A stretch of DNA of 64,000 nucleotides from a bacterium. GTDB taxonomy: Bacteria > UBA8248 > JACPRG01 > G963555815. The position numbers and the translations under genes were made by a program. Shown here one piece after another: positions 11,071 through 21,693 of this stretch; position 1 is the first letter of the stretch, and each line of letters starts with the position of its first letter. The notes beneath the pieces were generated by a model. That model was not told the origin of the DNA, did not search any database, and worked only from the letters and a program-made list of their open reading frames with translations. The stretch is taken from contig CBDHDG010000005.1 of the NCBI GenBank assembly GCA_965261595.1, forward strand, positions 1 to 64,000, in the 5' to 3' direction.

Positions 11071-11961
11071 ATGGACATGAACCTCGTTTCCTTGATGGAC
11101 CGCTTCAACTGCGATAAAAAGTGCCGAAAGGCCCTGGAGCATATCCGGTGGCCCAATGGTGTCGCCTGCACCCGTTGCGGCGATATGGACGTTCTTCCTC
11201 TTCCCAAACACTGCCGATGGGAATGTAAGTCATGCGGCTACCAGTTCAGCGTCATGTCGGGGACCATCATGCACGATTCTCATCTTGCCCTTCGCAAGTG
11301 GTTCCTGGCGATCTACCTGATGTGCGAGTCGAAGAAGGGGATTTCCGCCCTTCAGATGAAGAGAACGCTTGGGACAACCTACCGGACGGCCTGGCACCTG
11401 TGCCACCGAATCCGCGAGGCGATGGGCAATGATCCGTTTGAGGGGCCTACGCTTCTCGGAGTGGTAGAGGTCGATGAAACGCTTGTGGGAGGCAAGAAGA
11501 AGGGCAAGGGCCGTGCCTACAAGGGCAACAAGGTTTGGGTCGCAGGAGCCATCCAGCGAGGCGGCAAGGTCCGGGTCGAGCGTATCTCCGACGTGAAACG
11601 TCACACGCTCCATGGATTCATTAGCCGCGCCGTTCGGGACGAAGCCGAGGCCATCTATACGGACGAATTGAAGTCCTACCTGGGAATTGCCGACAACAAT
11701 ACGCGCCATGAGACGGTCAACCATTCAGCCGAACAATGGGTCATTGGCGAAGTTCACACCAACAGTATAGAAGGTGTTTGGAGCCTATTCAAGCGTTCCC
11801 TGATGGGTGCGTTCCACAAGATGAGCGCGAAGCACATGGACCGCTACCTCGAAGAGCTTGAATGGCGGTTCAACAACCGGAACAACCCGAATCTATTCCA
11901 AGATACCCTTGCCCGCATTATGGACACTAAGAATCTGACTTATCGGGAGTTGGTGGCTTAA
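11071..11961 (+). CDS. IS1595-family transposase
   Basis: Zn ribbon (RWPNG..C..C), VEVDET, YTDE, HTNSIEG, YLEE motifs. Confidence 0.95.
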   Translation: MDMNLVSLMDRFNCDKKCRKALEHIRWPNGVACTRCGDMDVLPLPKHCRWECKSCGYQFSVMSGTIMHDSHLALRKWFLAIYLMCESKKGISALQMKRTLGTTYRTAWHLCHRIREAMGNDPFEGPTLLGVVEVDETLVGGKKKGKGRAYKGNKVWVAGAIQRGGKVRVERISDVKRHTLHGFISRAVRDEAEAIYTDELKSYLGIADNNTRHETVNHSAEQWVIGEVHTNSIEGVWSLFKRSLMGAFHKMSAKHMDRYLEELEWRFNNRNNPNLFQDTLARIMDTKNLTYRELVA

Positions 11962-12626
11962 GTCTTCCACGGTTTCCCTCGTCATTAACAGACTCTGGTG
12001 GAAGTTGTATATGCAAGAGGAATAATGGAACATCACCAATTTTCTCTGCATACCTGCGCAAGGCCTTTATAGACACTTGTTGATTGTCTCCGGGGATCTT
12101 TTCCTGAACTCCTGCAAAAGTCTCCAGAAACCCTGGAATCCCCCCCCCAATTACTTGACAAATCTTTGACGATAATGGCATCCTTGAGCTGGCTTAACAT
12201 AACCTTGATCCTTGGATCTTTTGTTGCCTGATGAGGATCTATGGAAAACCACAAACAAGCCGCCTGAGACAATGATAGATTTTTGTGTTTTTGGTATAAT
12301 GAAACATCTACCTCTATGGGTTCTTCACCTGGAGCTACAGTATCTGTGTGGATGCACTCATCGATCTTCTTGTCTAAACGTTCCACCTCGAGACGAAAAG
12401 GCGCCATTAACAAGTTCCATAGGAATGTTGGAACGATAGCCACCAATATGAATATGATAGCGATCACAATATTATCCGTCATTTCTGAACTAGCCTTTTC
12501 TTCTTCTCCGATATAGCTGAGTAGCAAAATAAATATCGCAGGAACGAGAACCAACACAAGGACGGTTCCAAATGACAACCCAAAACTCTTCCACGTGTCA
12601 ATACACGCTTTCTTAAAGATTTCCAT
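11927..12626 (-). CDS. IS passenger: two-TM membrane protein with soluble C-domain (probable frameshift at poly-C ~12145)
   Basis: ORF 12033-12626 plus overlapping ORF 11927-12181; AT-rich. Confidence 0.6.
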
Positions 12627-14900
12627 GCAACAAAACTACACATGGGATCGGGCTTTGTCAAGGGCATAATTCCGAATCGATCGCGAGATCGTCACCTGCG
12701 CCGAGGCCGCCCCGCGGCTCAACGCGCTCTGGGGGGCCGAGATCGCGAGGGCGTCCGGCATCTTCGGATGGAGACTCTTCCCCGGTGCGGCGACCGAGGC
12801 GCTGGCCCGGGCCGAGCTCATGGCCGCGCTGCCCGTGGCCCACGACTACCTGATCGGCGCCTCCAGGACCGCGGCCGAGATCCTGCGCCAGCAGATGGTC
12901 CTCAACACCCTCCACGGCGCGGGCGAGCAATGGGCCGCGGAGGCAGGCAACGCCGCCGCGCTCAGGTCCTATACCGAAGCCCGGGCCGAGGCCCAGACCG
13001 TCTCGGCCTACCGGGCCATCGGAAGGCAGGCCGAGACCTGGGTCCCGATGCTGCGCATCGTGTTCGAGTGCCTCTACGTGGGCGCCTTCCCCATGGCGGT
13101 GCTGCTCATGCTCACCCCCGCGGGCGGCGGGATCTTCCGGTCCTACTTCGCCGGGATCGTCTGGATCCAGAGCTGGGGGCCGCTCTACGCGATCCTCCAC
13201 CGCATCTCCATGGGCGAGGCCGCCGAGCGCATGAGCGCCGGCGCCCTCATGCCGGACGGCGAGAGCGGCGTATCGCTCGTCGCCCAGGCGGGGATCCGGG
13301 CCGTGGCCTCCGACGTGGCCGTGATGTCGGGCTACCTCTCGATGTCGGTGCCCTTCCTCGCCGCGGCCCTGGCCTACGGGGTGGGCAAGGCGACCATGCT
13401 CGCCACCTCGGTGCTCGCGGTCGGCCAGGACGCGGCCTCCTCGGCCGCCCACGAGGGCACGACGGGCAATATCTCCCTCGCCAACACCCAGGCCGACGTC
13501 CACCGCTTCGCAACGCTCGAGGGCCGCCAGCTCCGCACCTCCATGCACGTCGATACGGACCGCTATACCGGGTTCGCTCCCGAGGGCGCGGCCTTCACCG
13601 TGACTGGAGACGGTACCGCGGTCATGGACGCCGGCTCCGCCACCAGCCGGATCCCGGCGGCGGGCGTCAGACTCTCCGAATCCCTTGCGGTCAGCCACGA
13701 GAGCCGGGCAGGCGCCGCCCGGGAGCAGGCCCGGCACTGGTCGGCCGAGGCCGGCACGGCGCGCACGGCCGTTGCGACCGATTCGGCGGCCATGGTCGAG
13801 CGGTTCTCCCGGGACGTGCACACGGGCCTCGCCCATTCGAGGGGCGTGACGGAAAGCGAGAGCACGCAGGTCCAGGCCCTGGAAAGCCACATGAAACGCC
13901 TGTCCGAGACGGGCGGGATCTCGAAGGAGGAGGCGGCCGTTCTCACGGGCGAGGCCAGGGTGGGAGGGGGGTTCGACTTCATCGTGAAGTTCGGGGCCGA
14001 CGGTTCGGCGAGCTGGCGGGGCCAGACCATCGGCCGGGAAGCCTGGAACCGGATGACCGACTATGCCGAGCAGAACCAAGTGATCGATCACTGGTCCCGG
14101 GTCGCCGATGCCTCCAGGCGCTACTCCACCGCCTCGGGCGAGAGCGAGCTCAAGAGCCTGGAGGAGAGTTTTGGCGCCAACCTGACGCGGATGCGCCGCT
14201 TCGGCGAGCAGGAGGCCCTGAGCCACCGGGAAGCCGAGAGCTGGAGATCTCAGGCGGCCGAGGTGCGAAGCCGGTCCCGGGCCGTCGACCGGGAGCTGGG
14301 CCAGCCCTTCTTCGCCTGGCTGACCGCCCGGCCTGGCGCCGGCGGGCGGGAGATCGGCGTGGGGGGCGCCATGCGGCTCGCCTCGCCCCAGACCCCGGAG
14401 GACGCCGAGGAGCTCCGCGCGCATGCCGCCGCCTTCATCGCGGAGCGCTTCCCGGCGCCCGAGGGGGTGGATCCGGCCTCGGTCCCGGGGCTGGCGGACT
14501 ACGAGCGGAGGAGAGACGGGCTGAAGGAGTATCACGCGGGCGAGACCGAGGCGGCCTGGGGCGACTGGTCGGCCTCGGTGAAAGGTCGCGGACGCGGGGC
14601 CGGGACGCCCGATCCGGGCAAGGTCGAGACCCGGGCAAGGCGCGAAAGCGCCAGGACCGAGCATGATCTGAGGGTAAGGGAGGCGGGACGAGAGGAGCGG
14701 GCCGGGATGACGGACGAGCGCATCGAGCAAGGCCGCGCGAAGGTCGCGGCCGAGGCCGACAAACCCTTCGTCGAGCATGCCACCGAGGCGGTCCCGTTCA
14801 TCGGGAAGTGGCTCGGCGGCAAGCTCTACGGCACCGCCAGGAACGCGGCGCCGGACCCGGGGGAGGGGAAGAAGGACGACCGCTGACGCGACGGTCCCTT

Positions 14901-15302
14901 CTACGGGGACCGGGTGCTCGGGCCATGATCGCGAAGGCGCCCGTGGTCGTGGAGGTGCCGGTCCTCGACGTCGCGGAGCCAGGCGTAGCGGCCGGTCTTG
15001 GTCGCCCAGTCGAACCGGTCGCCGCCCTCTTCCGGGAGCTGGTACCGACCGAAGGCCGACCAGTCGCGATGGCGGAATCCCCGCCACAGGGCGCACGCGA
15101 GGGCGGCAAGGGCGGTCCAGATCATTGCCCAGAACCAAATCCCCCCGAGCAAGCGGACATTGGTCCCGGTGGCCACGGAAAAGACGGTGACGGCGAGGAC
15201 GAGGGCGAGCCCGCCGAGGACGAAGGCGCGGGCGCGGCAGCTGGGCCTGACGGGGACATGGGGCACATGGGGGATGCTACTGGATGGATTGGGATCGGTC
15301 AT
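14901..15302 (-). CDS. Small membrane protein convergent with traG, candidate entry exclusion protein
   Basis: Two hydrophobic segments; position matches eex of SXT/IncC elements. Confidence 0.5.
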   Translation of the reverse strand: MTDPNPSSSIPHVPHVPVRPSCRARAFVLGGLALVLAVTVFSVATGTNVRLLGGIWFWAMIWTALAALACALWRGFRHRDWSAFGRYQLPEEGGDRFDWATKTGRYAWLRDVEDRHLHDHGRLRDHGPSTRSP

Positions 15303-15468
15303 GGATGGTTCCTCCGGGGTTGGGGTTCAAGGCGTCTCGGGCGCCAGCCTCTCCGGTCCCGGCGTCCCGCGCCCAGGCTCCGGCCCGCCTCGACCTCCCG
15401 CCCGGCGCATTGCAACGGAATGGCGCCAAGACCGCCGCTATCCACACCACCTTGAACGGGAGAACCCG

Positions 15469-17574
15469 ATGATGTTCGGCAACGCAACGCTCAGGGGCGG
15501 CCAGACCCTGGCCCACGACGTCCATATGTGGGGCCAGCTGGTCCGCTGGGGGCTTTTGGGCATCGCCCTGACGGTCGTCCTGGTCCCCGCCGTGGCCCTG
15601 TTCCGCACCACGACCGCCCATGAATGGCGCCTCGTCGGAACGGGCACCCTCGCCCAGGTCAAGCTCGCGCTCGGGTATCCACGTCATTCCCTCCAGGCGT
15701 ACGAGTGGCGAGAGGGCCAAAAAACGGCCCTGAGAATCGTGGATATCGCCCAGGACCCCAGGATCGAAAGGATCCGGAAACGCATGCTCCATACCGTCTA
15801 CGCCAGGGCGTGGCTCGGCCTCTGGATCGGAGTTGGGGGCGCGGTCCTCTGTACGGTCCTGTTCTCGGTCCTGGGAAGGCGCCTGGACCGTGCCCAACGG
15901 GTCCGCGGCGCGGAAATGACGACGGCCCGGGAGCTGAGAAGGCGCGTGCAGCCCGTGTCCGCGCGCCTGGCCGAGGCCCTGTTCCCCGCCGCGCGCCGAG
16001 CCTCCTGCCGCATCGCCGGGATCCCCTGGCCCAGGCGCGCCGAGACCCAGCACACCATCGTCTCCGGCACCACCGGCTCGGGCAAGACCGTCCTGATCTC
16101 CGACCTCGTTGCCCGGCTCCGCGCCCGGGGCGAGCGCTGCATCCTCTACGACAAGATGGGGAGCTATACCCGCTCCTTCTTCGATCCCTCTTGTGATGTG
16201 CTGATGAACCCCCTGGACGCCCGGGCGCCCCGCTGGTCCCCCTTCTTCGAGGCGAGGACGCCCCGGGACTTCGACATGATGGCCGCCGCCCTCATCCCCC
16301 AGCAGAAGGACACGGTGGACCCCTTCTGGGTCACGGCCGCGAGGCAACTGTTTTCCAACGGCGCGGGCGTGCTCTGGAAGAAGGGCGTGACCGAGAACCG
16401 GGTGCTGGTCGACCACCTGCTCAAGACCGACCTGACGGCCCTGGCCCGGGCCATGGAGGGCACGGTGGCCCAGTCCATCGTGGACCCCGAAAACCCCAAG
16501 ACCGCGCTCTCCGTCCGGGCCATGCTGACCGCGCACCTGGGAGCGCTCGAGTTCCTGCCCGATACGGGAGAGCCCTTCTCGATCCGGGACTGGGTGGGCC
16601 AAGAGGACGGGACCGAGTTCCTGTTCCTGACCTCCCGGGGCGACCAGCACGCGAGCCTGAGAGGGCTCATCTCCACCTGGCTCGAGATCGCGGTGAACGC
16701 GCTCCTTTCCCTCCATCAGGACGATGCGCGCCGGGTCTGGGTAGTCCTGGACGAGCTGCCCACCCTTCACCAGGTGCCGAGCCTCCAGCCGGGGCTGGCC
16801 GAGTCCCGCCAGTTCGGAGGGTGCTTCGTGCTCGGGATCCAGGTGATCTCGGCCCTGCGCGACCTCTACGGAAAGAACGGGGCGGAGACGATATCCGGGC
16901 TGTGCGGCACCCGGGTGGTCCTGGCCGCGCCCGACCAGGAGACGGCCCGGTGGTCGGCCGAGAGCCTGGGGCGGGGCGAGGTGGAGGAATACGCCCACGG
17001 CATGAGCTACGGGGCCAGCGTGCTGCGGGACGGGGTCTCGCTCACCCAGCGCCGGGAGATGCGCTCCCTGGCCCTGCCGTCGGAGATCATGCGGCTCGAG
17101 AACCTGAAAGGCTATCTGAAGTTCCCCGGGCCCTGGCCCGTGGCCCGGATCGGGCTCGACTACGTCAAGAGGCCCAAGGCGGCCGAACGGTTCGTGCCGA
17201 GAGAGGAAGGGCCTTCGGAGCAGGGCGGTTGGGTCTCCGATGTGACCGCGGCCGATTCCGGAAGCGGGCGCGACACCGATGCCCCGGCGCCGGACGATGC
17301 CGGGAACGAAAGCGAGCATGGCGATACGGGCGCGGCGTGCTCAGCGGCGGAATGGACCGGCGATCAACCCGAGCTCGGTCTCGAGCCGGCCCCGGCCGAA
17401 TGCCGCGCGGTGGAAGCGGAAGGAGCGGAAATGCCCGAGGTCCCGGTTGCCGGTTCCGGCGGCCGGGATTCCGCTCTTTCCGGGCAACGGGAAGACCCCG
17501 CGGCCGATCCGGATGAACCCGAGGACAGCGGCGCCGGCGGCGCGGACGAGCGCTGTCCGGTCGACTGGCTGTGA
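15469..17574 (+). CDS. traD: Type IV coupling protein TraD
   Basis: Two N-terminal TMs, GTTGSGKT, VLDELPTL, acidic tail. Confidence 0.95.
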   Translation: MMFGNATLRGGQTLAHDVHMWGQLVRWGLLGIALTVVLVPAVALFRTTTAHEWRLVGTGTLAQVKLALGYPRHSLQAYEWREGQKTALRIVDIAQDPRIERIRKRMLHTVYARAWLGLWIGVGGAVLCTVLFSVLGRRLDRAQRVRGAEMTTARELRRRVQPVSARLAEALFPAARRASCRIAGIPWPRRAETQHTIVSGTTGSGKTVLISDLVARLRARGERCILYDKMGSYTRSFFDPSCDVLMNPLDARAPRWSPFFEARTPRDFDMMAAALIPQQKDTVDPFWVTAARQLFSNGAGVLWKKGVTENRVLVDHLLKTDLTALARAMEGTVAQSIVDPENPKTALSVRAMLTAHLGALEFLPDTGEPFSIRDWVGQEDGTEFLFLTSRGDQHASLRGLISTWLEIAVNALLSLHQDDARRVWVVLDELPTLHQVPSLQPGLAESRQFGGCFVLGIQVISALRDLYGKNGAETISGLCGTRVVLAAPDQETARWSAESLGRGEVEEYAHGMSYGASVLRDGVSLTQRREMRSLALPSEIMRLENLKGYLKFPGPWPVARIGLDYVKRPKAAERFVPREEGPSEQGGWVSDVTAADSGSGRDTDAPAPDDAGNESEHGDTGAACSAAEWTGDQPELGLEPAPAECRAVEAEGAEMPEVPVAGSGGRDSALSGQREDPAADPDEPEDSGAGGADERCPVDWL

Positions 17575-20555
17575 TGGTCGTCTCGATCGGCGCCGTCGCG
17601 TCCTCTGCCCAGGGCATCTCCTATTACGAGAGGGACGGCTACTACGCGAAGGACGACCCGGCCCACAGGGACGCGAGCGCCTGGACCGGCAAGGGCGCGG
17701 AGGACCTCGGCCTCTCCGGCCCGGTCGATCCGGACCTCTTCAAGGCGGTGCTGGAGGGCAAGGTACTCGACGGGACCGGACGGCAACTCGGACGCGGGGG
17801 ACCCGATGGGGCCCTGCAGCACCGGCCCGGGCGTGACCTGACCTTCTCGGCTCCCAAATCCGTCTCGCTGGCGGCGCTGGTCGGCGGCGACGCCCGCATC
17901 GTCGAGGCCCATGACCGGGCGGTCAAGCGCTCGCTGGCCTGGATCGAGGGCAACGCCGCCGAGACCCGGTTGAAGGACCCGGAGACCAGCCGCATGGTCC
18001 GCGCCGGGGACCAGAAGACGGTGGCCGCGACCTTCCGGCACGACGCCTCGCGCAATCTGGATCCCCAGCTCCACACCCACGCGGTCCTCGCCAACATGGT
18101 CCAGGGCGGGGACGGCAAGTGGCGGACCATGGCCAACGAGGCGCTCTACCGCCGCCAGAAGTTGATTGGCTTGATCTACCGGAGCGAGCTCGCGCGGGAG
18201 TTGGGCAAGCTCGGTTACGGAATCGAGAAGAGCCATGCCGACGGACGCTTCGAGATCGCCGGGGTCCCGAGGAAGGTCATCGAGGCGTTCTCGACCCGGC
18301 GGGCCGAGATCGAGGCGGCGGTGGCCGAGCGGGGCATGAGCGGCACCGCCGAGAATCAGCGCCTCGCCGAGCGCGCGGCGCTGATGACCCGGGCCCACAA
18401 GCGCGAGGTCGACAAGGCGGCGCTCAGGGCAAGCTGGGAGAAGCAGGCCGCCGGGCTGGGGTTCGACGCGCGGGCGCTCGCAGCCGAGGCCATGGCGAGG
18501 GACTCCGGCCGGGAGAACGCTCCCGCACGGGATGTCGATCCCGCTTCGGCGAATGCTGCCGGGTCTCCCACCTCCATCGCGGAAACCGACCCAACGCGGC
18601 GGGAACCGGCAACGAAGGAGCCGGCGGCCGAGGCCGCGGAATGGGCGATGGCGCATCTCGCCGAACGCGAGGCGGTGTTCTCGCGCGCCGATCTGCTCGC
18701 CGCCGCGCTGGCCTGGCAACCGGGCGCCGTGTCCGTCGAGGCGGCGGAGAAGGCGTTGGGCGATCTCGAAGGTCAGGGACGGCTCCATGCCGCGCCGGCA
18801 TTGCATGCGGGCGACGGCATGACCACCGACAAGGCCCTAGTCGACGAGCGCGAGACGATCGGGCTGATGCAGGACGGACAGGACAGAAGCCCGGTGGTGA
18901 TGCGAAGCTGGATGGTGAGCGCGCGGCTACACAAGGGACCGCTGACCGAGGGGCAGAAGCAGGCCGTCAAGCTGATCCTGTCTTCGAAGGACCGCGTCGT
19001 CGGCGTGCAGGGCTATGCCGGCACCGGCAAGACCACCATGCTGCGGCGCGCCAACGCGCTCGCGGGCAAGAGCGGCTACCGCATGATGGGACTGGCGCCG
19101 TCGGCCTCGGCGGTGAAGACGCTGGCGACCGAAGCCGGGATCGAGAGCGAGACCCTGCAACGCTTCCTCGCGCGGAACGCCGGGGTCGCCGAAGGGCGTT
19201 TGACGAAGAAGGGCGAGAAGGAGATGCGCGCGGCGTTCGCGAAGACCGTGCTCGTGGTGGACGAGGGATCCCTCGCCTCCACGGTCCAGGCCCGCGATCT
19301 GCTCAGGATCGCGAATGCGCTCCGCGTCCCCCGCGTAGTCCTGGTCGGCGACGAGAAACAGCTCGACGCTGTCGACGCCGGAAAACCCTTTGCGCAGTTG
19401 CAGCGGGCAGGCATGAAGACGGCGGTGATGGACGAGATCCTGCGCCAGCGCGACCCGGAGCTGAAAGCGGCCGTGGAGGCGAGCCTCGCCGGCGAGATCG
19501 GCAAGGCCTTCGAGAAGCTCGGCCCCAACGTGGCCGAGGTCCAGGCCGACAACATCGCGGGCGCGGTGGCGGCGCGCTGGCTCAAGCTGTCCCCCGAGGC
19601 GAGAGAGAACACCGGCGTCATGGCGCCGAGCCATGAGCTTCGCCGGGAGATCAACGGCCATATCCGGGAGCGCCTCGCGCGCGACGGCAGGATCCACGGC
19701 CCCGCCTTCACGGGTGAGCGGCTGGTCTCCCACGGCTACACGAACGCCGAGAAGTCGCTCGCCGCCAACTACGCCGAGGGCGATATCGTCGCCTTCCACC
19801 GCCCCTACAAGACGCTCGGAATCGACAAGGGCGACGAGCGGCGGGTCGCCGACGTGGATCACAAGAGCCATACGGTGATACTCGAAGGCGGGGACGGCAG
19901 GACCGTTCCGTGGAAGCCAGGCCGGATCGCCGGGCGGACAGGCGGCGCCGAGGTCTACCGGGCCGATGGGATCGAGCTTCGCGCCGGAGACCGCATCCGC
20001 TGGACCCGCAACGACAAGGGCCTCGGCCTCGTCAACAGCCGCACCGCCGAGGTCGCGAGCGTGAAGGACGGCCGTGTGGCCTTCCGTCTGGAGGACGGGC
20101 GCATGCTCGACATGAAGGCGGGCGATCCCCAGCTGCGCCATCTCGACCACGCCTGGGCCTCGACCGTGCATGCCTTCCAGGGCCGGACGGTGGACAACGT
20201 GATCGCCGCGATGGAGGCCAATCACCCCCACCTCACCACGCAGAAGAGCTTCTATGTGGAGATCAGCCGCGCCCGCGACCGGGCCGAGTTGGTGACGGAC
20301 GATGCGGCGCGGCTGCGCGAGCAACTCGAAACCGCCACCGGCGAGCGGATCTCGGCACTAGAGGGGATCGGAGAGGCGGCGCGGGACGCGCCGGCAAAGG
20401 GCATGGAAGCGGGTGAGAGGGCCGGACGATCGCCGGATCGAGGCGTGGAATCCGGTGCCGGGATGGAGCGAGACGGCGGCGGACAGGCGTCGAAGGATCG
20501 GGAACCTGCCCAGCCCGTGCGCGAAAAATCCACCGGGATGGACTTCGGCCTGTAG
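17574..20555 (+). CDS. traI: MOB-F relaxase-helicase (TrwC/TraI)
   Basis: YYERDGYY, DLTFSAPKS, HDASRNLDPQLHTH, GYAGTGKT, YVEISR motifs. Confidence 0.95.
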   Translation: MVVSIGAVASSAQGISYYERDGYYAKDDPAHRDASAWTGKGAEDLGLSGPVDPDLFKAVLEGKVLDGTGRQLGRGGPDGALQHRPGRDLTFSAPKSVSLAALVGGDARIVEAHDRAVKRSLAWIEGNAAETRLKDPETSRMVRAGDQKTVAATFRHDASRNLDPQLHTHAVLANMVQGGDGKWRTMANEALYRRQKLIGLIYRSELARELGKLGYGIEKSHADGRFEIAGVPRKVIEAFSTRRAEIEAAVAERGMSGTAENQRLAERAALMTRAHKREVDKAALRASWEKQAAGLGFDARALAAEAMARDSGRENAPARDVDPASANAAGSPTSIAETDPTRREPATKEPAAEAAEWAMAHLAEREAVFSRADLLAAALAWQPGAVSVEAAEKALGDLEGQGRLHAAPALHAGDGMTTDKALVDERETIGLMQDGQDRSPVVMRSWMVSARLHKGPLTEGQKQAVKLILSSKDRVVGVQGYAGTGKTTMLRRANALAGKSGYRMMGLAPSASAVKTLATEAGIESETLQRFLARNAGVAEGRLTKKGEKEMRAAFAKTVLVVDEGSLASTVQARDLLRIANALRVPRVVLVGDEKQLDAVDAGKPFAQLQRAGMKTAVMDEILRQRDPELKAAVEASLAGEIGKAFEKLGPNVAEVQADNIAGAVAARWLKLSPEARENTGVMAPSHELRREINGHIRERLARDGRIHGPAFTGERLVSHGYTNAEKSLAANYAEGDIVAFHRPYKTLGIDKGDERRVADVDHKSHTVILEGGDGRTVPWKPGRIAGRTGGAEVYRADGIELRAGDRIRWTRNDKGLGLVNSRTAEVASVKDGRVAFRLEDGRMLDMKAGDPQLRHLDHAWASTVHAFQGRTVDNVIAAMEANHPHLTTQKSFYVEISRARDRAELVTDDAARLREQLETATGERISALEGIGEAARDAPAKGMEAGERAGRSPDRGVESGAGMERDGGGQASKDREPAQPVREKSTGMDFGL

Positions 20556-20924
20556 TGTGGAGAAACTAACCGCCGCCGGGCATCTCCGCGCTTGCGACGA
20601 CTCGTTTTTCTTCTACACATCAGACGCATCTTCGATGCTATGAGCGAGTCCGGTCCATCCCAAGGGACCGATTTCTACTTTGTAACAGTCGATTAGGCCG
20701 TTTTCGGCCTCACACCGCGCCCCCCTGCGCGGGACGAGGCAAGCCGGCCGAAATGGACTTCGGCTTGTAAGCGAGGAACCGGTGTTGCCGTATCCTTTGG
20801 CGGGCTGTATCGTCATGATATTGAGCGGGGTTGTGGTATTTTCGGCGAGCGGTGGAGGGTTTTGGTTCATGGCGGCGGTGACGCGAGCCCACTTTAGAGA
20901 GGTGGTCATCCGGGAGGCCGGCTT

Positions 20925-21020
20925 GCCGCGCGACAAGGCGTCGCGGACTGGCCACAATCCCGCGACCGGCATGGAGGCGCCGATATCGCCGCACCGTGTG
21001 GTGACGTTCCGGCCGTTGCT
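20925..21020 (+). pseudogene. IHF/HU C-terminal remnant
   Basis: [29 protein letters not shown] matches the IHF-alpha arm; N-terminal helices absent. Confidence 0.65.
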
Positions 21021-21198
21021 CTGGCCGAGGGATTGGGAAAATAGCGGAATGGCGGGCACCGGCCGGAACGTCGGCCTGGAGTATTTCCGTCCGCCGGTTC
21101 GGGCGTCCATCTGCAACGAAGTCCAGGAATTTGTGAAGGCCGGCGCCAAAAGAGACAGCTGATCGAGTTCCGCATGGGCTTGATCGGAAACACAGATT

Positions 21199-21693
21199 GT
21201 GGCATACATGAATCTGGTGGAGGAGGCTCGGCCAGTGAGTGAGTCGTCCAGTTTCAAAATATCCGTTTGGAGCGCTTTTGCGCCCCAAACCGATCTGGCT
21301 ATCGATACAGGTTCAGGTGAGCCGCAGGTTCGTGTGGTGGCCAAACAAAGTTCCGGCCTCCATAAGGAAGTATTCGGCTGGCGCATGTCCGAAGATCTTT
21401 TTGCCGGAATCGCCGACGAAAGTGACCGAGACAAACTGAAAGCGGCTTTATTCGACAAGATGGCAATCGACATCGATCCGAATAAACGCTCAATCGATTC
21501 CCTCAAGTCTTTTGTCGATGTGGCTAACGAGATTCTTGACGCCAACCGTGTCGAATGGATCGGAAGCCAAAACCCTTCTGGAGACGATGACGAGAAAGGA
21601 CGCCTGAATCCGCTACTCGCGCTGGTCAATCACCTATCATGGCTGATCGGCATGTTCAAGGACATGCCTAATACATCGATCAGTGTTCGATGA
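21199..21693 (+). CDS. Hypothetical 164-aa protein, first gene of putative defence operon
   Basis: Intact ORF; ATGA overlap with next gene. Confidence 0.75.
   Translation: MAYMNLVEEARPVSESSSFKISVWSAFAPQTDLAIDTGSGEPQVRVVAKQSSGLHKEVFGWRMSEDLFAGIADESDRDKLKAALFDKMAIDIDPNKRSIDSLKSFVDVANEILDANRVEWIGSQNPSGDDDEKGRLNPLLALVNHLSWLIGMFKDMPNTSISVR

Larger units (their letters stand above)
10860..12674 (+). mobile_element. IS1595-family element with passenger gene
   Basis: Perfect 22-bp TIR CGGAATTATGCCCTTGACAAAG; 8-bp TSD AATCGATC at 10852-10859 and 12675-12682. Confidence 0.95.
10187..14886 (+). pseudogene. traG: TraG, interrupted by an IS1595-family element
   Basis: Removing 10860-12682 rejoins ...GATPID|REIVTCAEAAPRL... 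in frame with ORF 12820-14886. Confidence 0.9.

Noticed and set aside
12658..15138. Long antisense ORFs over tra genes (also 4194-6089, 8715-10181, 15277-17319)
   Set aside because: Shadow ORFs of high-GC coding DNA with no motifs.
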